64,000 nucleotides of DNA, from the NCBI GenBank assembly GCA_965285935.1, contig OZ260665.1:18042001-18106000 (forward strand), read 5' to 3'. Below are positions 27,101 to 41,600 of the stretch, piece by piece; the stretch's first letter is position 1, and each line of letters opens with the position of its first letter. Source of the DNA: Ophelia neglecta (lineage: Eukaryota). The notes beneath the pieces were generated by a model. That model was given only the letters and a program-made list of their open reading frames with translations, did no database searches and had not been told where the DNA came from. A program made the translations under genes and the position numbers.

Positions 27101-29703
27101 CATCTTCTGGGTATATTCCTTTGTTGACCAATGCCTTGCAAACGGTTCTTGTTTTACTCTGATTCGAATCATGGAAACGGTTGGATACTTCTTGCCGTGT
27201 AATTTCAACTTCAATCTCTTAGTTGCTTACACGTTTATTTATTGTTATTGAACTGGGAATAGCGGTATGCAGCTAATGAACATTTCCTGTCAATTAAATG
27301 GACACTTCTTGACTACTGAATTGGCGCGTCTGCCGTGTATATTCCCCCCGTGGTTTTGGACGACACACATACTCTATACAAGGGACACACAGGAATCAAC
27401 CCCAGGTAGCTCAAAGCACTTTCGCATAGAAGATATATGCCTTAGACAGATTATAGTGAACCAATTACCCATTGAAACGAAATGTAAATTACTTTTCACA
27501 ATGTTCGAAGATTAATATCTGGGGGGGGGGGGGGGGATTCGTGTTATTAGATCAGTCTACAAATTTGGCTAGTGAGAGGATTTAATTGAGTCAAAGTTAG
27601 TTTTGACAAAGATCTATTTTCATCTTTCCAAACGATTGACTGCGTAATTGTGTGTTGTTGCTAAAACGTTGAAATCAAGGTGCCTATCGGCTCTAGCATT
27701 ATTGCCTGGTACCGACTTTCTTTGGAATGACATCGGAAACGGTTGTTGACTTGAAAAGCTTGCTGAAACATATGGTACCACAAATAGTAATAATGAAAAT
27801 CTAAGGTATATAAATATTGTACTCTAGGGATCAAAAGGAAGCCCAAATAAAAGGCTCTGTGAAGTAATGTTACACTTCAGCTGAATCTATTAGAAGCATT
27901 GATGCATAAATCTGTTGAACACTAAATAATCGGGATATCATTTTATTGTCAAATGCACAAGAACTTCGTTGACGCTTGCTACTAATTTGGGACAAGGAGA
28001 TTTATCATTTAACCTTAAAGTAAAAGCTGGCAATGCATGTACTGCCAAGGATGAAGAAACATATATTGTCTTGCTTCTCAGCGGTAATATTTCAGACATG
28101 TATGCCTCCTGAGATACACTTTTCTAATACATTTTTCGAATCATAAGCGAGTAGCAAAGCATCAATCTTTCAATTTATTTTGTGTGCATTAGGTGTTTAT
28201 TATTAAAGTACTTTTTTTACGGAAATTCACAGTGAAGCGAAATCCTCCTAAGACACTATACAATGTCGAATGTGTACTTTGTCCTCGAAGATATTTTAAA
28301 GGGGTTAAAGTAGGCACATGACAAGACATTTACGTGAAGTATTCACTGCCGCTTTTTGCGGATAGGATAATCGGCTGTCTCACTTCATATATTACGCTGT
28401 CCTAGCCTACAATGTGCAGTAGTTTGGATATGCCTCAGTCGATTCGATAAAAACAAACTTAGCCATATTTTCGAGGGAAAAACATCCTTCTAGAAAGACA
28501 CTACCATGGAAGCGGCTCTCCACAGATTCTGTCAGCATTGTAACATAAACTAGTTATCATTACAGAGAACTAAATGTCCACTACTTAAAACAATTTGGTA
28601 TTAAATCAAATTGCCCAAAGCACTAAGGTTTGTCTAAATTACTCAGAATTAAACGTTAAAGGAGGGCTGTTCTGATATAGGTCGTTTTACTGCCGTTTGG
28701 AAAAAAATAATAGGTTTTGCCTCTTTGTTCATTTAGAATTTGAGGACGGGAATGTGGCATCAATGTTGGCATGTTGGTTACATCATTCTCGTATTTGGTA
28801 TTACATGTCAAGGTGGACATGACTCTACTCAGATTAAATCGAAGAACAAAATGTACGATTTTCTTTTTGGTGCTATTACTGGTTCTTACATGCATCGTCA
28901 GGACCTTGGAATGGTATCTCCCAATCTGTGTATATTTTAGGTTTCATCGGTATTTGCAGACGTGGTTTGGTTTTAATGTGAGTGCCTTTTGTCATTTATG
29001 CACACAATTGAACATGTACTGGGACATTACTTGGTCAATTATCCCTAGCACTCGCCTTGCACAACTCAGGACTGGACTAATAATGCTAGGAAAGGAACAC
29101 CATCATCAAATATCAGCATCGACTGACTGCTACATTGACATTCCTTGTGTTTGTTGTTTCTTGCCATATTTTATGTAACGAAGTTCACATGCTTTTATAT
29201 ATATTTCTAGCGTGTTGCTGTCCCTTTCTGTCGAAAGCGAAGCATTTTTGGGATATTATGTATACCCGGTATTCTGTGATATCATATTTTATTAATTTTA
29301 TCTGAAAGTATCTTTGTGAATAATACATGTCAATCATAAGGCGATTTTTATGAACTGAAGAGAACCCCCGAGACAACATAGACGCCTGGACTAGCATCAA
29401 AGGGTTTACTAATCACACTGTGCTTCCGGATAACGATTGCTTTTATTGACGTCAGGAAGGAGCTTCTTGGCTCCTCTGGGTTGGGTATTAAAATATTTGC
29501 CTTGCAAAGTCTTCGAGCTATATGGATCGCAGAGTAATTTTTTTTTTCTTCCATATCGATTCCTATTTCTATTGAATGGCCAACTGATAGGAATTTTATC
29601 CGTTTATCCATGGTCACATTGAAGTTAAGGCAAGGTCATCAGCTAGGGATCGGACCATTACCGAAACTGATAGACCCAAGCTATATATCATAAGAGTTAC
29701 AAG

Positions 29704-31221
29704 GGCTGTTCTGAATCGGCAGACGCGCGAACGGCGAACGCGGACCTCCAAAATTTGTAGCATTACGGTATGAAGTGTGGCGCTGTCAGGAGACTGATCC
29801 GACTGGTATCCAGTCAACTCGCACGGGTGCTAACTCGCGCGGGCCACAACTCGTGCGGATGCCAAGTCGCTCGAGGTTATTTTCACAGTGATTGTGTTTG
29901 GTTGGTTTACTATATAGCCGTGGAGTGCACACTACGTATGCAACACCAAACATGGCGGGACACGTTGTTTTGGTCGTGGAGGGCGTAAAAACTAACTTGT
30001 GGTCATTTTACCGCCAGATATATCGCGAGAATTTCTAAAAATTTATATATATATATTACTGCTCATTCCCATGTCACAGTGCTTTCTAAACTCAGATAAT
30101 AGAAATAAAATATATAGGGCGACTACATATGGCACTCGAAGGCGAGTTCGCTAGTCACCATAGGGCTTCGTCGGCAAACAGGTCGACTTGGATAAAGGGT
30201 GACTACGTTTAGGGGCGAGTAATGGTTTCTATTTATTTCTTTCCTATTTACAAAGCATAATAGTAGTTATGGTTGTCTTGTCAACACGTCAATAAAAGGG
30301 TCACGAATGGTCACGATATATATATAGATCTTTTAATATTTGGTTAGAATTCTGTAGCAGACTCTAGCTTTTGACTTCATCGGAATGTCTAGATTTTGAC
30401 AATTTAAACATGGGGTACTTGTTATCTCTGGCATTCACAAATAATATAAGAGGCCTATCATGTAATGACAATGGGGCTTGCCACGAAATTAATCACTGAC
30501 TGGCAATTAATCACATTAATGAGGGAGGGGGGATGGAGGATGGGGGGGGGATGGGGGGGGGATGGAGGGTGGGGGGGGGGGATTTGGGGATTTTACTAGC
30601 AGGGATGGGCTAGTGATTTGATGGATGGGGGGGGGGGGGTCAAGAAGACTTTCTTCCCCCTAAACTCCTTCTTGTATCAAATCACTAATAAACGCCTGAA
30701 TGATGATTGGTGGAGCTGCATTACTTGGCATGCCATTCCCATTAAAAATAATTGGACTTGCATATTTCATATATATCTGATGGTGCCACATTTCTCCTTC
30801 CCCGAATACAGTTAATTAATGTTTAAAATTTTGTAACCCCCAATCATTAAACTTTTGTGGGTCGCCTTTGGGTAGAAATTTTATCCCTTAAACACTACCG
30901 ACTCAGGCCTAGCTGCCGCAAACAGAAACATATATATATAGTGGCCGATTTTGTCCGTGACCGATTTGGGTAATCCCGCTTTGGTTGTGCCGGTAGTTAT
31001 CGATTACGGAAATAATGCTGCCAAGCTTTTAACAAATTATTTCGAGGCATGCAATTAGTTGACAGGCAAGGTGTGATTATTTCAACTTCCAGACTTATCC
31101 AGCTGTGCAGGATGTGAGCGATTCGCTGTAACGTTAGCAGTTACCATAAGCCGTTACCATAATGCTACAAATTTTGCAGGTCCGCGTTCGCCGTTCGAGC
31201 GTCTGCTGATTCAGAACAGCC
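29704..31221. mobile_element. 1518-bp non-autonomous DNA transposon with 67-bp TIRs and 8-bp TSD (Merlin/MULE-like termini; superfamily unresolved)
   Basis: 29704-29770 and 31155-31221 are inverted repeats with 4 mismatches in 67 bp, starting GGCTGTTCTGAATC. Exact TSD GTTACAAG at 29696-29703 and 31222-31229. No transposase ORF inside. Confidence 0.92.
29805..30230. mobile_element. Decayed foldback-type MITE nested in the 1.5-kb element
   Basis: Left arm has repeated (C/T)AACTCG motifs (29814-29875). Right arm has repeated GGCGA(G/C)T motifs (30117-30222) in inverse orientation, around an AT-rich centre. TSD not resolvable. Confidence 0.4.
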
Positions 31222-33949
31222 GTTACAAGTCACAATGGGGGATCGTTTTCTAGTAAATTGACAAAGTTTCTCGAGCAACTGGAGTAAATCGTACAATTTT
31301 AAGTTTTGTAAGTCTAATACATTGGATTGTGGGTATGTAGTGGTAGACATGAAACGCATTGGCCCAGCATAAAGATTTGGGGTTGCAGATTGTCCCATCC
31401 GGGTTTATAAATGATGGAATGGCCTTCATAGAATTCATTTTATAATACAACCTTGAGGACCCTTGGAACCCCATAAATGATTCCACCAAGCTTACTGAGA
31501 GTGAAATACGATCGAGCCTATTTAAGACTGTTAATGTTTAGTTTACTGTTTCTTTAACACTTATTCAATAAAAGCCTGCATTAACTTTTTTTTTATGTTT
31601 AGCTCATTCTATGCCTAGGGCCATGTACATTAGCTATAAATGGGTAGAACATCATAGGTTGAAGATGAACATGTTCATTCAAAATGAAAGAGTGACTGGT
31701 TCACTCTGCCTAGTTAATAGTTCATTCCACTATCAGGGGAATTAAACACCCTTTTCGCATAGCATACAGAGACCTTTTACATACATACTCTTTGGATTTG
31801 TGTTTATTCGGACCATTTTTAACTGTAGCCTCTAGCGGCTAACCAGCAACATAAACAATGTTCAAGTGACGTTTGCCACTATTAAAATCTTTAAGATACT
31901 CACTGTTTATCAAAAAGCTCCTCCATTAAGCAACGGCATACACTGTTTTACCAAATATAATATGCGAAGAAAGGGCTATTCATTTGCAGATCTCATATTT
32001 CATGTAAGAATGTTAAGTAAACGGGACATTTATTGCTTTTGACGGCAAATAAAGAGAAATACTTATTTGGCTACAAAATTTTATCACGATAGTAAATTGT
32101 TCTGCAATGAGGCGATCGCCATGTAAGACCGTCTGTAATAAACAAGTAAACACACTCCTTCCTGGAATGTCGACATGTTTACAAGGAATAGCAAGTCAAA
32201 TATCAATTAATTAGCAATGCTATATTGATTTGATCACGATCAATCAAGAATTATTGGACAGCAGCAAACCAAATATCGAGAGGTTCGAAAAGTTTCAGGC
32301 ATTTCTACCGGTGTCTATGCATAAAATAATTATATGGAATGCTATATTCAGCCCTCATTATTCTATCATTTTAGCCTCATGCGGTATAAGATTAAGGGGG
32401 AAAGAGCATCAAGGGATTAAATGAATCTCATTATCTTGTTTACTGCAATTTGGGCTTCAACTCCAAAAACTCACTGTTTTCTTTTGTGTGTTGCAATGTT
32501 ATCACATACCGCTCAAATGTACTTAATGTGTCAATGTTCTGCTTCTTGGTCTGCTAAGGTTATATCGCGAAAACAGTAAACAACCGTGTTGTTTCTTCCA
32601 TGTATCCCAAACACATAATATTCGCTCCGATGAGTGTCCAAATGTCACTCCAGCGTTTCATTAATCTTTACTAGGCGACTATGATTTTACCCCAAGCATC
32701 TAATAACGTATACCCTAAAGTCCGGAGGGGCAGGTAGCCAAAAGCCATTTCCATTCTTGCATTGGCGTGGATTCCAACAGAAAGAGTAATATTTTCTCAT
32801 ACAAGAGTTGACATTCAAAACAAAAATAGACGTTAAACTAACCAATCAAAGGTCACCGCCGCCAAACATCTACTTAACATGATATAATTGACAAAAAAGT
32901 TGATGTTCAGTGGCTGACTGACTCATTAAGTGTTTGGCCATGAAAATGTTCTTCTCTGTAAAATGCAATAAGTGTTTGATGTCTCATAACAGCTATTCGC
33001 TTGATAATATAATTGTTTCAAATGTCCAAAAGGAATTTGTGCATAGAACATTTAATCTAACCGACGAGCCATCCCTAACAAATGATTGATAACCCTAGGG
33101 GCATACTTGTAGTGCATAGTGATGTTTACCAGACCATTTATTTCCATTGTATTTTTTTAATATGGTTTAACGTCATGGAGGTAATGCAACGATTTATTTC
33201 TAATCTAGCAATTTACGTGTTTAATCAGGGAAAATTTTCTGTAAATAGAAAGAAGTTGAATGGGCCGACACCAAGGATGATATAGACACCATACGTATTC
33301 AATATGTATGGGTTGTGAGGAGCGAAGAGGGAGCGGACAGGATATTGGGTTGAATGGGTCCGAATAGTATAGCAGGGAGAAGATGCAGCGTGCAGGGCAG
33401 ATGAGGAAGGAATCTGAGGTGAAGCTGTGGAGGAGCAGAGCGGAGCTGGAAAGAAGAAGAGGGGATGTAAGCGCAGTACGCATGAAGAGGTAGATAGGTG
33501 TAGAGAACATCACATTATGGCGTAAACAATCAGTCATCAAATGATTTTAATTACATACATTCTTGCACGATCCGGACAAAGGTTTTGTGTAACTATAAGC
33601 AAACCACATCGAATGGGCCGTCGACAGCTACTGTGCTTATACTTTACCTAGTTGCGCACGCCTTGAAAGTAAATGAAACATTGCTCTCTTAGGAGTTAAA
33701 ACCAATTTAGTGAAATGATTGATTTTTGTTAAAATCGGACATGGTAATAATATGCAGAAAAATGCATTTGGCATCGTACCGGGGATTACTTTTAGCTTAC
33801 AAAATTATCCCCTTAGCTTGCCAGAATTGGGAAAACAGTCCCGTAATTGAATCACATATCTCAAACACTAAGCCTGGTACCATCGCCTTTGACAGATGTT
33901 CAACCAGTAATCCCTAATGAGAATATTGAAGGACATAGGGTTAATTACA

Positions 33950-35450
33950 GTGCAGAGATGAAGCTTTGAATGTTCCAGATTCTCGCTGAAAGCTGACCTG
34001 TGTCAATAAGTTAGTGTTTCCGTTCAAAATTAAGTGGTCCCATATAGAGTGCTGTCTTTTGTACGCGTACTTATTAAGCGACAAGAAATCATCTATATAT
34101 CTAAATGAGGAAGAAAATTCCCGACTGTGTGCAACTTTCCACCCTTCAGCAAACTAGTAATAAAATCATATTCATGAGTAAACAGATACAATTCTGCACC
34201 GACGCAGCACAGTTGGTCCCCATTGGAATACCAGTAGTGTGGCGACATACCTCTCTCACCACCTGGACAAAAAAGGTATCTAACTAAGCAGCTCGACACA
34301 TTGGGATGGATTTCTTTTTTATGTGGTAACCTCAACATTCATTGTGTGAAAAGAAAACGTTTCTATTGCTTACGTTTATCAAACTGTATCGCGTTTTTAG
34401 AAATGTATTTTTTTATGAGTTCTTTCATCCGCAGCTTTGAATCAGCATGCGAAAGAGTAGTTTTCAGGGTAGAAGGTCCCAGTTGGAAAGAAACCGGTAT
34501 TCCGTTTGACGGAACTCTTCAAGATGTTATAGCAAGTCCTTACTGTTTTCCTGAATCCACATAGGTTTGACGTCTGACTTACGAAGAAATACTGCACAAT
34601 ACCTGTCTCAATATTCCTTAAGCAGTGATGAAAGATCTTAGGTAGTGCATATTAGACCCTGTTATGAACGGGTATTGCCCTTGTGCATTTAGGGTTGCCC
34701 ATATATTCTAGTTCCAGACCAGAGGGTACAATATTGTTGTTTGCAAGGAACGTAAGATGATTAGACATGATTTCCTTAATGATGTTTGGGAAAATTATTG
34801 CATTGGTTATTTGTAAAGAAAAGGCCTAATTTCTCCGACAAACCTTTGAAACAATAGGTTTAAAAAAGAAATGCAACAGTATTAGTTCCTTTGTCGACTG
34901 AAACTAAAAGCAAGTGCTTATGGAGAAATGATAAGTAGGATTTTACTTGTTGATCTTCTTGAACTGGAGCAGGAGGTTGGATAATCTTGTAACGTAAAAT
35001 GTTAATACATGCGTCTTCCTCTGTGTTCATGACTTCAAGCCAATCCAACTCAGAAGACAGTCTCCTGTCATGGAAAGTGCTGGCTCGGCTTATATGATGA
35101 GACGTTGAATTATATATGGGTATCTTCATGGACGCGTGTGAGTATGAGTTATAACAGCACTCTCCTGAGATTTAATCTTGAGTATGAGGCCAGTTTGGCG
35201 GAGATCGAAAAAGGCCAGATGCCACCAGGTCAATAGATGAAGAACCACAAATAAGTGGCCCATCAGGGACATTGCTGGATATCAAAGTGGCACCCGAAGT
35301 TATTAGTTATACGATTGTGGACCGACTAGGCTGTTTGAGAGTTGTCCCTGGTACAACCGACTTTGGACGCATTTTGAGTGATGTTCTGCTGCAAGTGTCC
35401 TTCAGTTTATTTCAATCACTGAGCACTTGAAGAGTGAGGAACTCATTTTA
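33950..35450 (-). mobile_element. Decayed Penelope-like retroelement (RT pseudogene)
   Basis: Minus-strand motifs in the expected order despite frameshifts and stops: HKHLLLVSVDKGTNTVAF (~34920-34865), KMHK (~34690), SDVKPMWIQENSKDLL (~34577-34530), STLKTTLSHADSKLRMKELI (~34473-34414), GIPMGTNCA (34232-34206), AELYLFTHEYDF, and catalytic FRYIDD (34105-34088). Outer boundaries are approximate. Confidence 0.85.
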
Positions 35451-38199
35451 TATGCAAACTGTCGCAGATTAACGTAATGTACACTGGTTTTTGTTCTGCT
35501 AGACATTGAATCCAGGTTATTGCTTTCATACGTTTCAGTAATCAAAAAGCAACAAGCCTTCGGAATTAATAACGAACTAATGCCCAACTCATAAAATCAC
35601 ATTTCGGAAGGATACTGGAAAAACCAAATAAGGTACAAAATTTCAGATATTAGACAGGGATACGAGGTATAAGAAAAGTAGCCATATGAATTATCTTTGG
35701 GGTAGGGCCCAAGAAGGGAAGGGGTGGGGGGTCGGGTTAAGAATGTGTTTTTTAAGGAAAGGTTATTTTGGATATCTCTACCCCTTACTCTCACAACACA
35801 ACATTAACTTATTTTGTTCTTATCTATGTATCCGCATGACCATTATAGCTCGTATCAGGTTTCAAAATGTTCTACTTTCCGACTTGAAACTTTATTATTA
35901 TGACGTGGTTGGGGCAATGGTGTGACTGGTACCCTGTTAGTTTTCTTTTCGGTATAATCATGAACAAAAAGTAAGTTCTATGAATAGGAAATTTGGCAAA
36001 ACATGCGCCACAGATATTCATTTGCCTCCTTCCCTAGACCACCATTTCTGAGCAGGGGCATTGGTTTCACGGAGCACCGTGTTACTACAGTTCATGATGC
36101 GGAACACGGCTGGCCATGCTTCTGAATAAAGATCTAGGTTGTCTTTTGGCTTAAGACGCCAAATGCTGAACGGCCCTAGTGGTATCCCCCTAGGACCCTT
36201 GTCGTGAGGCCATTTGCATAGGCGCCATGAGTCAATAAGAAGAGTGATTTGTTATTTTCTTGCCAGTCAGAGAGCTACTGACGCACTGTCAACGCCAGGC
36301 ATTATTCTGACTACTGAATGGAAGGTACAAATATTTTAAGTCGGGTCGTCACATCGTCAATAAATCCATACTGTTTATTATTCTCGCTAGCAATCTCCAA
36401 ATCTCTCAATGCTTTAAGTCAAGTATCCATCCATGTCAATTACGTAGAGCTTATGATTAAACGCCGAGGTCCCGGAGGGGGGGGGGGCGGTCAAAGGGGA
36501 TGTAAAGCTCCAAAAGTACTGCAATTACGGTGGAAAGACTGGTAAATGAGGATTATGCTGATGAATAAGTCTAGGAACATACATTTGATTTTTCATATAA
36601 CTGATTCACCTAATGCTATCTTTCAGGCGTAGTATTTTCTAAACTACTAGAGGTTTTATATTATTTGGATGAAGCGACCCGTTGAGATTACATGGGAGTT
36701 CTTCTGACTGGAGCATGGACCCGGCATTAAATTTAAGAGGAAGGTAACATATGTGTCTGGAAAGATAACTTTCCCAGCACGTATTGTTTATTTAGTATAT
36801 TAATGTTTCTGACATATACCCAAACGAAGAACGTTGCTCGTGGAAACCTGTAATCACTGTGCCTTTGTGTGTGCACTGGTTCTTTAGTTTTAATTACTAT
36901 TTAAAACCTAATTAAATTACAAGTTTTTTAACTTTTGGGTAGCGGCCATTTAATGCCATACCCAGATGTAATGCATTCACTTTGTCTGCCGGGTTTTTTC
37001 TCGCACTAAATCACAATTAAGACACTCCGTGTCACATATCTGAAGGATGCTGAAGGTTGTTCCGAAATCTGCATAACGATAAGGCAAAGAGGAAAGAACT
37101 GGAGTGAATACTCGGAATAAAAAGAAGGGCCCATGAAGGAACTTCTCTTTGTTAAATCACTAAAAGGGAAATGTCTCGTTGTCTTTCAAGAGGTTCTTGT
37201 TTCAAAGCAACCCACCAGCTTAGATTCATTGTTCAAGGTCTCCGCAGCTAACAAATATTTCCAGAGTCTTAGATTTATGATCTTAGCAAAACATGGTTTA
37301 CTCTGCTCAGTTAGGCATTCCTAGTGTATACATAGTATAGAGGCGAATCCTTTAAGAGGCCTAGGACCATGATACTGCTAGTAAAGTTCTAAAACTTCTA
37401 AATCTGTTCTCAAAACTTTCAATTTTTTTATTTTCAGCATGTATTGTTTCTCTTACTTGTAAAAGTCTATTATTATTTTTTTGGAAGGGCGAGTGCCGGT
37501 TTATACTTAATACCAGGGCTTCGGAAGAGAGCTGTAAAACAAATGAAAGAGAATCTAGCCTGAGTCTGCCGGATGGTTTGTCTAGTAAAAGCTACTATTT
37601 ATAGAACAAACTGAAAGGTACCTAGCTCCTTTCTTATGTATTATTCGCTAATAAACACTGTTTAATCAACATTTGAGTTCTGCTTCCGCTAAGTATGACA
37701 ACACATCATCTATATTATCACGCGCCTAGTTAGTGTTGTCAGTGGATAAGCTATAAAGGTCAGCCATTTAAAGTTGGTCAGAAAGGCAATGTCGTCCTAA
37801 CGCAGGCTTACACTTCATTGAATGACAGGTTTGATGAGTAAGTCGAGGCCAGAAAAGGAATATACATTTCTTTTGTCTCGCACCAATAATGGACCCCTGT
37901 TGAAGACCTGATTACACAGACCACACGTTACATCACACATTTTTATCGTACAACATTGTTTTATTCTTGGGATATAAAGAGGCAATTGTATAATCATTCT
38001 GTAAAGCAGCAAATTGCTACTAGTAACACGTACTTTGAATCAAATGAGACTTACCATTGCTTACGGATGATGGGCGTAGGCCGAGCAGGCAATTTGCCCA
38101 ATGCCCCCATCAATCAGATACCAATTATAGCACAGAATCACTACCTCAGCAGTGCACTTAAAAGTCCAGTATACCACCTGCAACCTTATTGTAATTACC

Positions 38200-38620
38200 C
38201 TGTTCTATATATATATATAGAATGTATCACAATCGTTGTGAAAAGGAGAAACTTCACATAAACAATAAGTGTAGAAAGGACTTGGATCACGAAGGAAGCA
38301 AGCACTGGACTAGGGACATAGGACAAAGACGATAATTGTTAGCCTTGGGAAATATTCAAGAAGCTTAAAGCCATTGAGAACCCCGGACGCTTGAACAATG
38401 TTCTCCCTGAATGATATTGTTAACTAAGAGCTATATTATGGAAATGTCACGTCTTAGTCAAGTTGGCAAGGAAAAACAGTGTTGTAGGAAGAGCTTTCGA
38501 AGTAAAACTTCAACCAGAGATCAACCCGAACGTGCGATAACTTGGCCTAATATGATGATATTTCAACATGAAGTTGTCCGCCAGGAGGCAGGTGCAATAG
38601 ATAAAGATTACAGGGAGAAA
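38200..38620 (+). mobile_element. Possible highly decayed RTE-clade LINE fragment (post-RT region)
   Basis: WEIFKKLKAI (~38347-38376) and RAITWPNMMIFQHEVVRQEAG (~38531-38593) resemble the RTE AW..F.KL and I.W.D.I.N.EV..RAG motifs. Many disablements. Confidence 0.3.
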
Positions 38621-41600
38621 AATTTAACAGAGTTCTCAATTAAAACCGGTTCAAATCATCGGGCGAGCTCCTGGGGGAACAAGTAGCGCCTATCCCTTGC
38701 ACTCGAGTATCTCCTTTTTCCCTTCGGCTTATATTATAATGGCTGGGGCTAAACCAGCAGGTGACTGATATAATGCAGAACGTGCATCAGATAAATTATA
38801 ATCTACGCCAAAGCCATAACAGCTTTGAAAGGACTAGACCGCCAATTCAATCGATTAAAATGGTGCTATCAGGTTTCCCATTGACAGGAAACATTTAAAG
38901 TAGCTTTGCTGCCTGCAGGGACTTTCATAATCTCACAAAGTCCGTTTAAATTCCTTTCAATGATTGATTTTAGGAAAGTGGTGAAAATGAATTAGTTTTT
39001 TTTTCTTTTAGGACATTAGGGTTCAAACTTCTAGCTTTTATTCAGCCAAATAAATGAAAGACTGAGCGAAAGATACCTTCGAGTCTTTTGTGAAGAGTAT
39101 AGCCGTTGAAAATTGACCATGATTATGTTTTTGATTTATTATGTTTTAATGGAATGAAAACAACTAGCATCAATATCGAAAAGTGCTACAATTTCAATTT
39201 AAAGAAAAGTGCAAATTTTTCGAGTACTCCCTAGAGGGATAGAAAAACACAAAAAGTATCATATCGCATTTCTATTGTTATTAACGGCAGTTACGTTGCA
39301 TCTTGCAATTGGCATTATTAAGCCTGCAGTTTAATTTTCATATATATCTCAAGTTTCAATAATGCCTTATGGAATCAGGTAAGTAGTTAAACTATATCAA
39401 CTGACGTGTGAAATATTAACCTCGTACTTTATTTTTAGCATAGATTTTAGTGTAGCCGGAAAAATTGGAATGTTTGGAAATTTCTTCAAGGTATCAATAC
39501 TTCGTTACCATTATTAAAGGTAACATGTTTTCTGTTGGTAAAATAAATATTTATGGTTGTGAAATATATATGCCTTAAAGCAATGTCGTCATTCATTTGA
39601 ATAATCATCGTTCACTTAACCTTTTCATTTACATTGTACATTAAATAAGCCTTAAAAAACAATTTGTCGAGATAATACACAAGTCGTATATCATGCTGGT
39701 GTGTCATTAGACGCCTATTGCTGAAACAGGCGTTTATAATGGGAGTTGCTACCTGGCAGTCAATGTCAAGTGTCAAGATAATTTAGATAATCAACCTGAA
39801 ATCGACATTAACCAGGACGTCTTCGATCAAAAAATGCCGCGGCCAGTATTAATTACGTCGGCTCAGGCCAAAATGTATATGTCTAGACATTCTATAACAG
39901 GATGCGCAGACTAAAAAACGTGAAGTCTACGCAGTGATATCATCTGAAAGGCGAGTTGCGCAGGTAAATCTCGAGCCTTAGACATAACTAACACCTGTAA
40001 TTCCACTTGTCGACAGGGTATTTCATTTTGCCTAAGAGCAAACAAATTGCTTCTTGGCATCCAGTTTATTATCAAAAATATAGTGTCATTTTACAAAAAC
40101 TCGAAAACATTTTCTCCATGACAATATTGTCAGCTAGGCATATAGAGAGAAAATACATTAATAAATAATAAGTTAAAATTGCGATAATACGATAGATTGT
40201 AGGCACAATTTTGTCTGACTGGCCAATTATGTCAAACAAATTAATGGCGGCTTCTGTTTGGCGCAACGAAGCATATTTGATTTTATAATACACACTTTCT
40301 CCTAAAAAAAAACACATATATATGGGCAACTAATAAACATTTGTTTAAAATCGGTGAAAACATCATTAAGTAGACCAAAGCAAATTCATTACTTCAAGCC
40401 TGTACTGAAAATGCTACAACAACAATCGTAACCAGCGACATTCGAGGGCAGTATACCTTGTCTCATTATAATTTCCTGTCTTTGGACTGTGTGTTGTTGA
40501 GTCTGTGTGTAGTAAGGAGAACATTAAGTATGGCATGAATGATATTTTGATTTCATAATAATGAGTTTGCTTTGTATTCCGGCTACCATATCCCGCTTTT
40601 TTGCCCGATTGACACTTTACTTGGACTGCGTTTTTGCTCTTGTCAATTCCAATAAAGACTAAAATCGAGAAACTAAAAGGAGACTGTTGAAGTGTCACAA
40701 GGTCATTCAGTGCATAGCTGATTGCCCCTATTTACCAAATATTAGTTTAACGACCTATGTTATGACGAAATAAACTCCCAGGTCAGTCAATGCTAAAAGT
40801 AATGAACGGCGACAAGTCGCTATGAAGCCTCTTTGCTCTTTCGTATAGCGCATTATTGCGTAAAGAACGGCAATAAGTTGACGATGCCAGTAACGAGCAG
40901 ACCTTAACTACATGTTGCTGCGGGCAGAATTGACAATTTCTGAATCAATTCATGTAAGAAAACAATATTCAACTGCAGTAGAAACACTGTGTTATCTTCA
41001 GGACTGTTTTTGCAACCATGCTTTCTCAATCAATAAACCATGATTGTTTTCTTATAGTCTGGAGATAAAATGCCAGAAGGAATGCTGTTTTCTAATATTA
41101 TGAATGCACACTTTTTGGTACCATTTCCCTCTACCTATTTCCTGGTAGTGTGCCTTGAGAACAATAAAACACCGGCCGTGCTGCGTCTTCATGGATATAC
41201 CCCCACCTCCTTCTATGTAAACATTGGTAATATTAATGAATAATATTGTCCCACAGATAACAAAAGCCGGGACAGAAGTATTTCTTTTATATTTGAGATT
41301 TAAGTTTCAAGTAATAGGCAATGCCCTGCTATACCAAATTGTATCGGGTGTCCTTGTTGTAACTTGTGTGAACAAAAGGCTATTATACGTACATACACAT
41401 CGGAGACGTTCGTCAAGGGCATCCACGTGACATTGGTATGATCCTGTTTTTATTAGTTATTCCAAAGGGAGTCGGGCGGAATTATGAATTATAACCCAGA
41501 CTCAACGACTTTTACATGCGAATCGTAAATAATGAGATTTGGGGATTTGTCCACGGAAGCTGAACTAAGTTTTCGTACACATGCGAAAATAATACTAATA

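Noticed and set aside
27050-27350. Possible LINE C-terminal remnant on the minus strand
   Set aside because: No diagnostic motif could be read with confidence.
36250-36375. Minus-strand YGFIDDVTT resembling an RT catalytic motif
   Set aside because: Single motif without convincing collinear neighbours.
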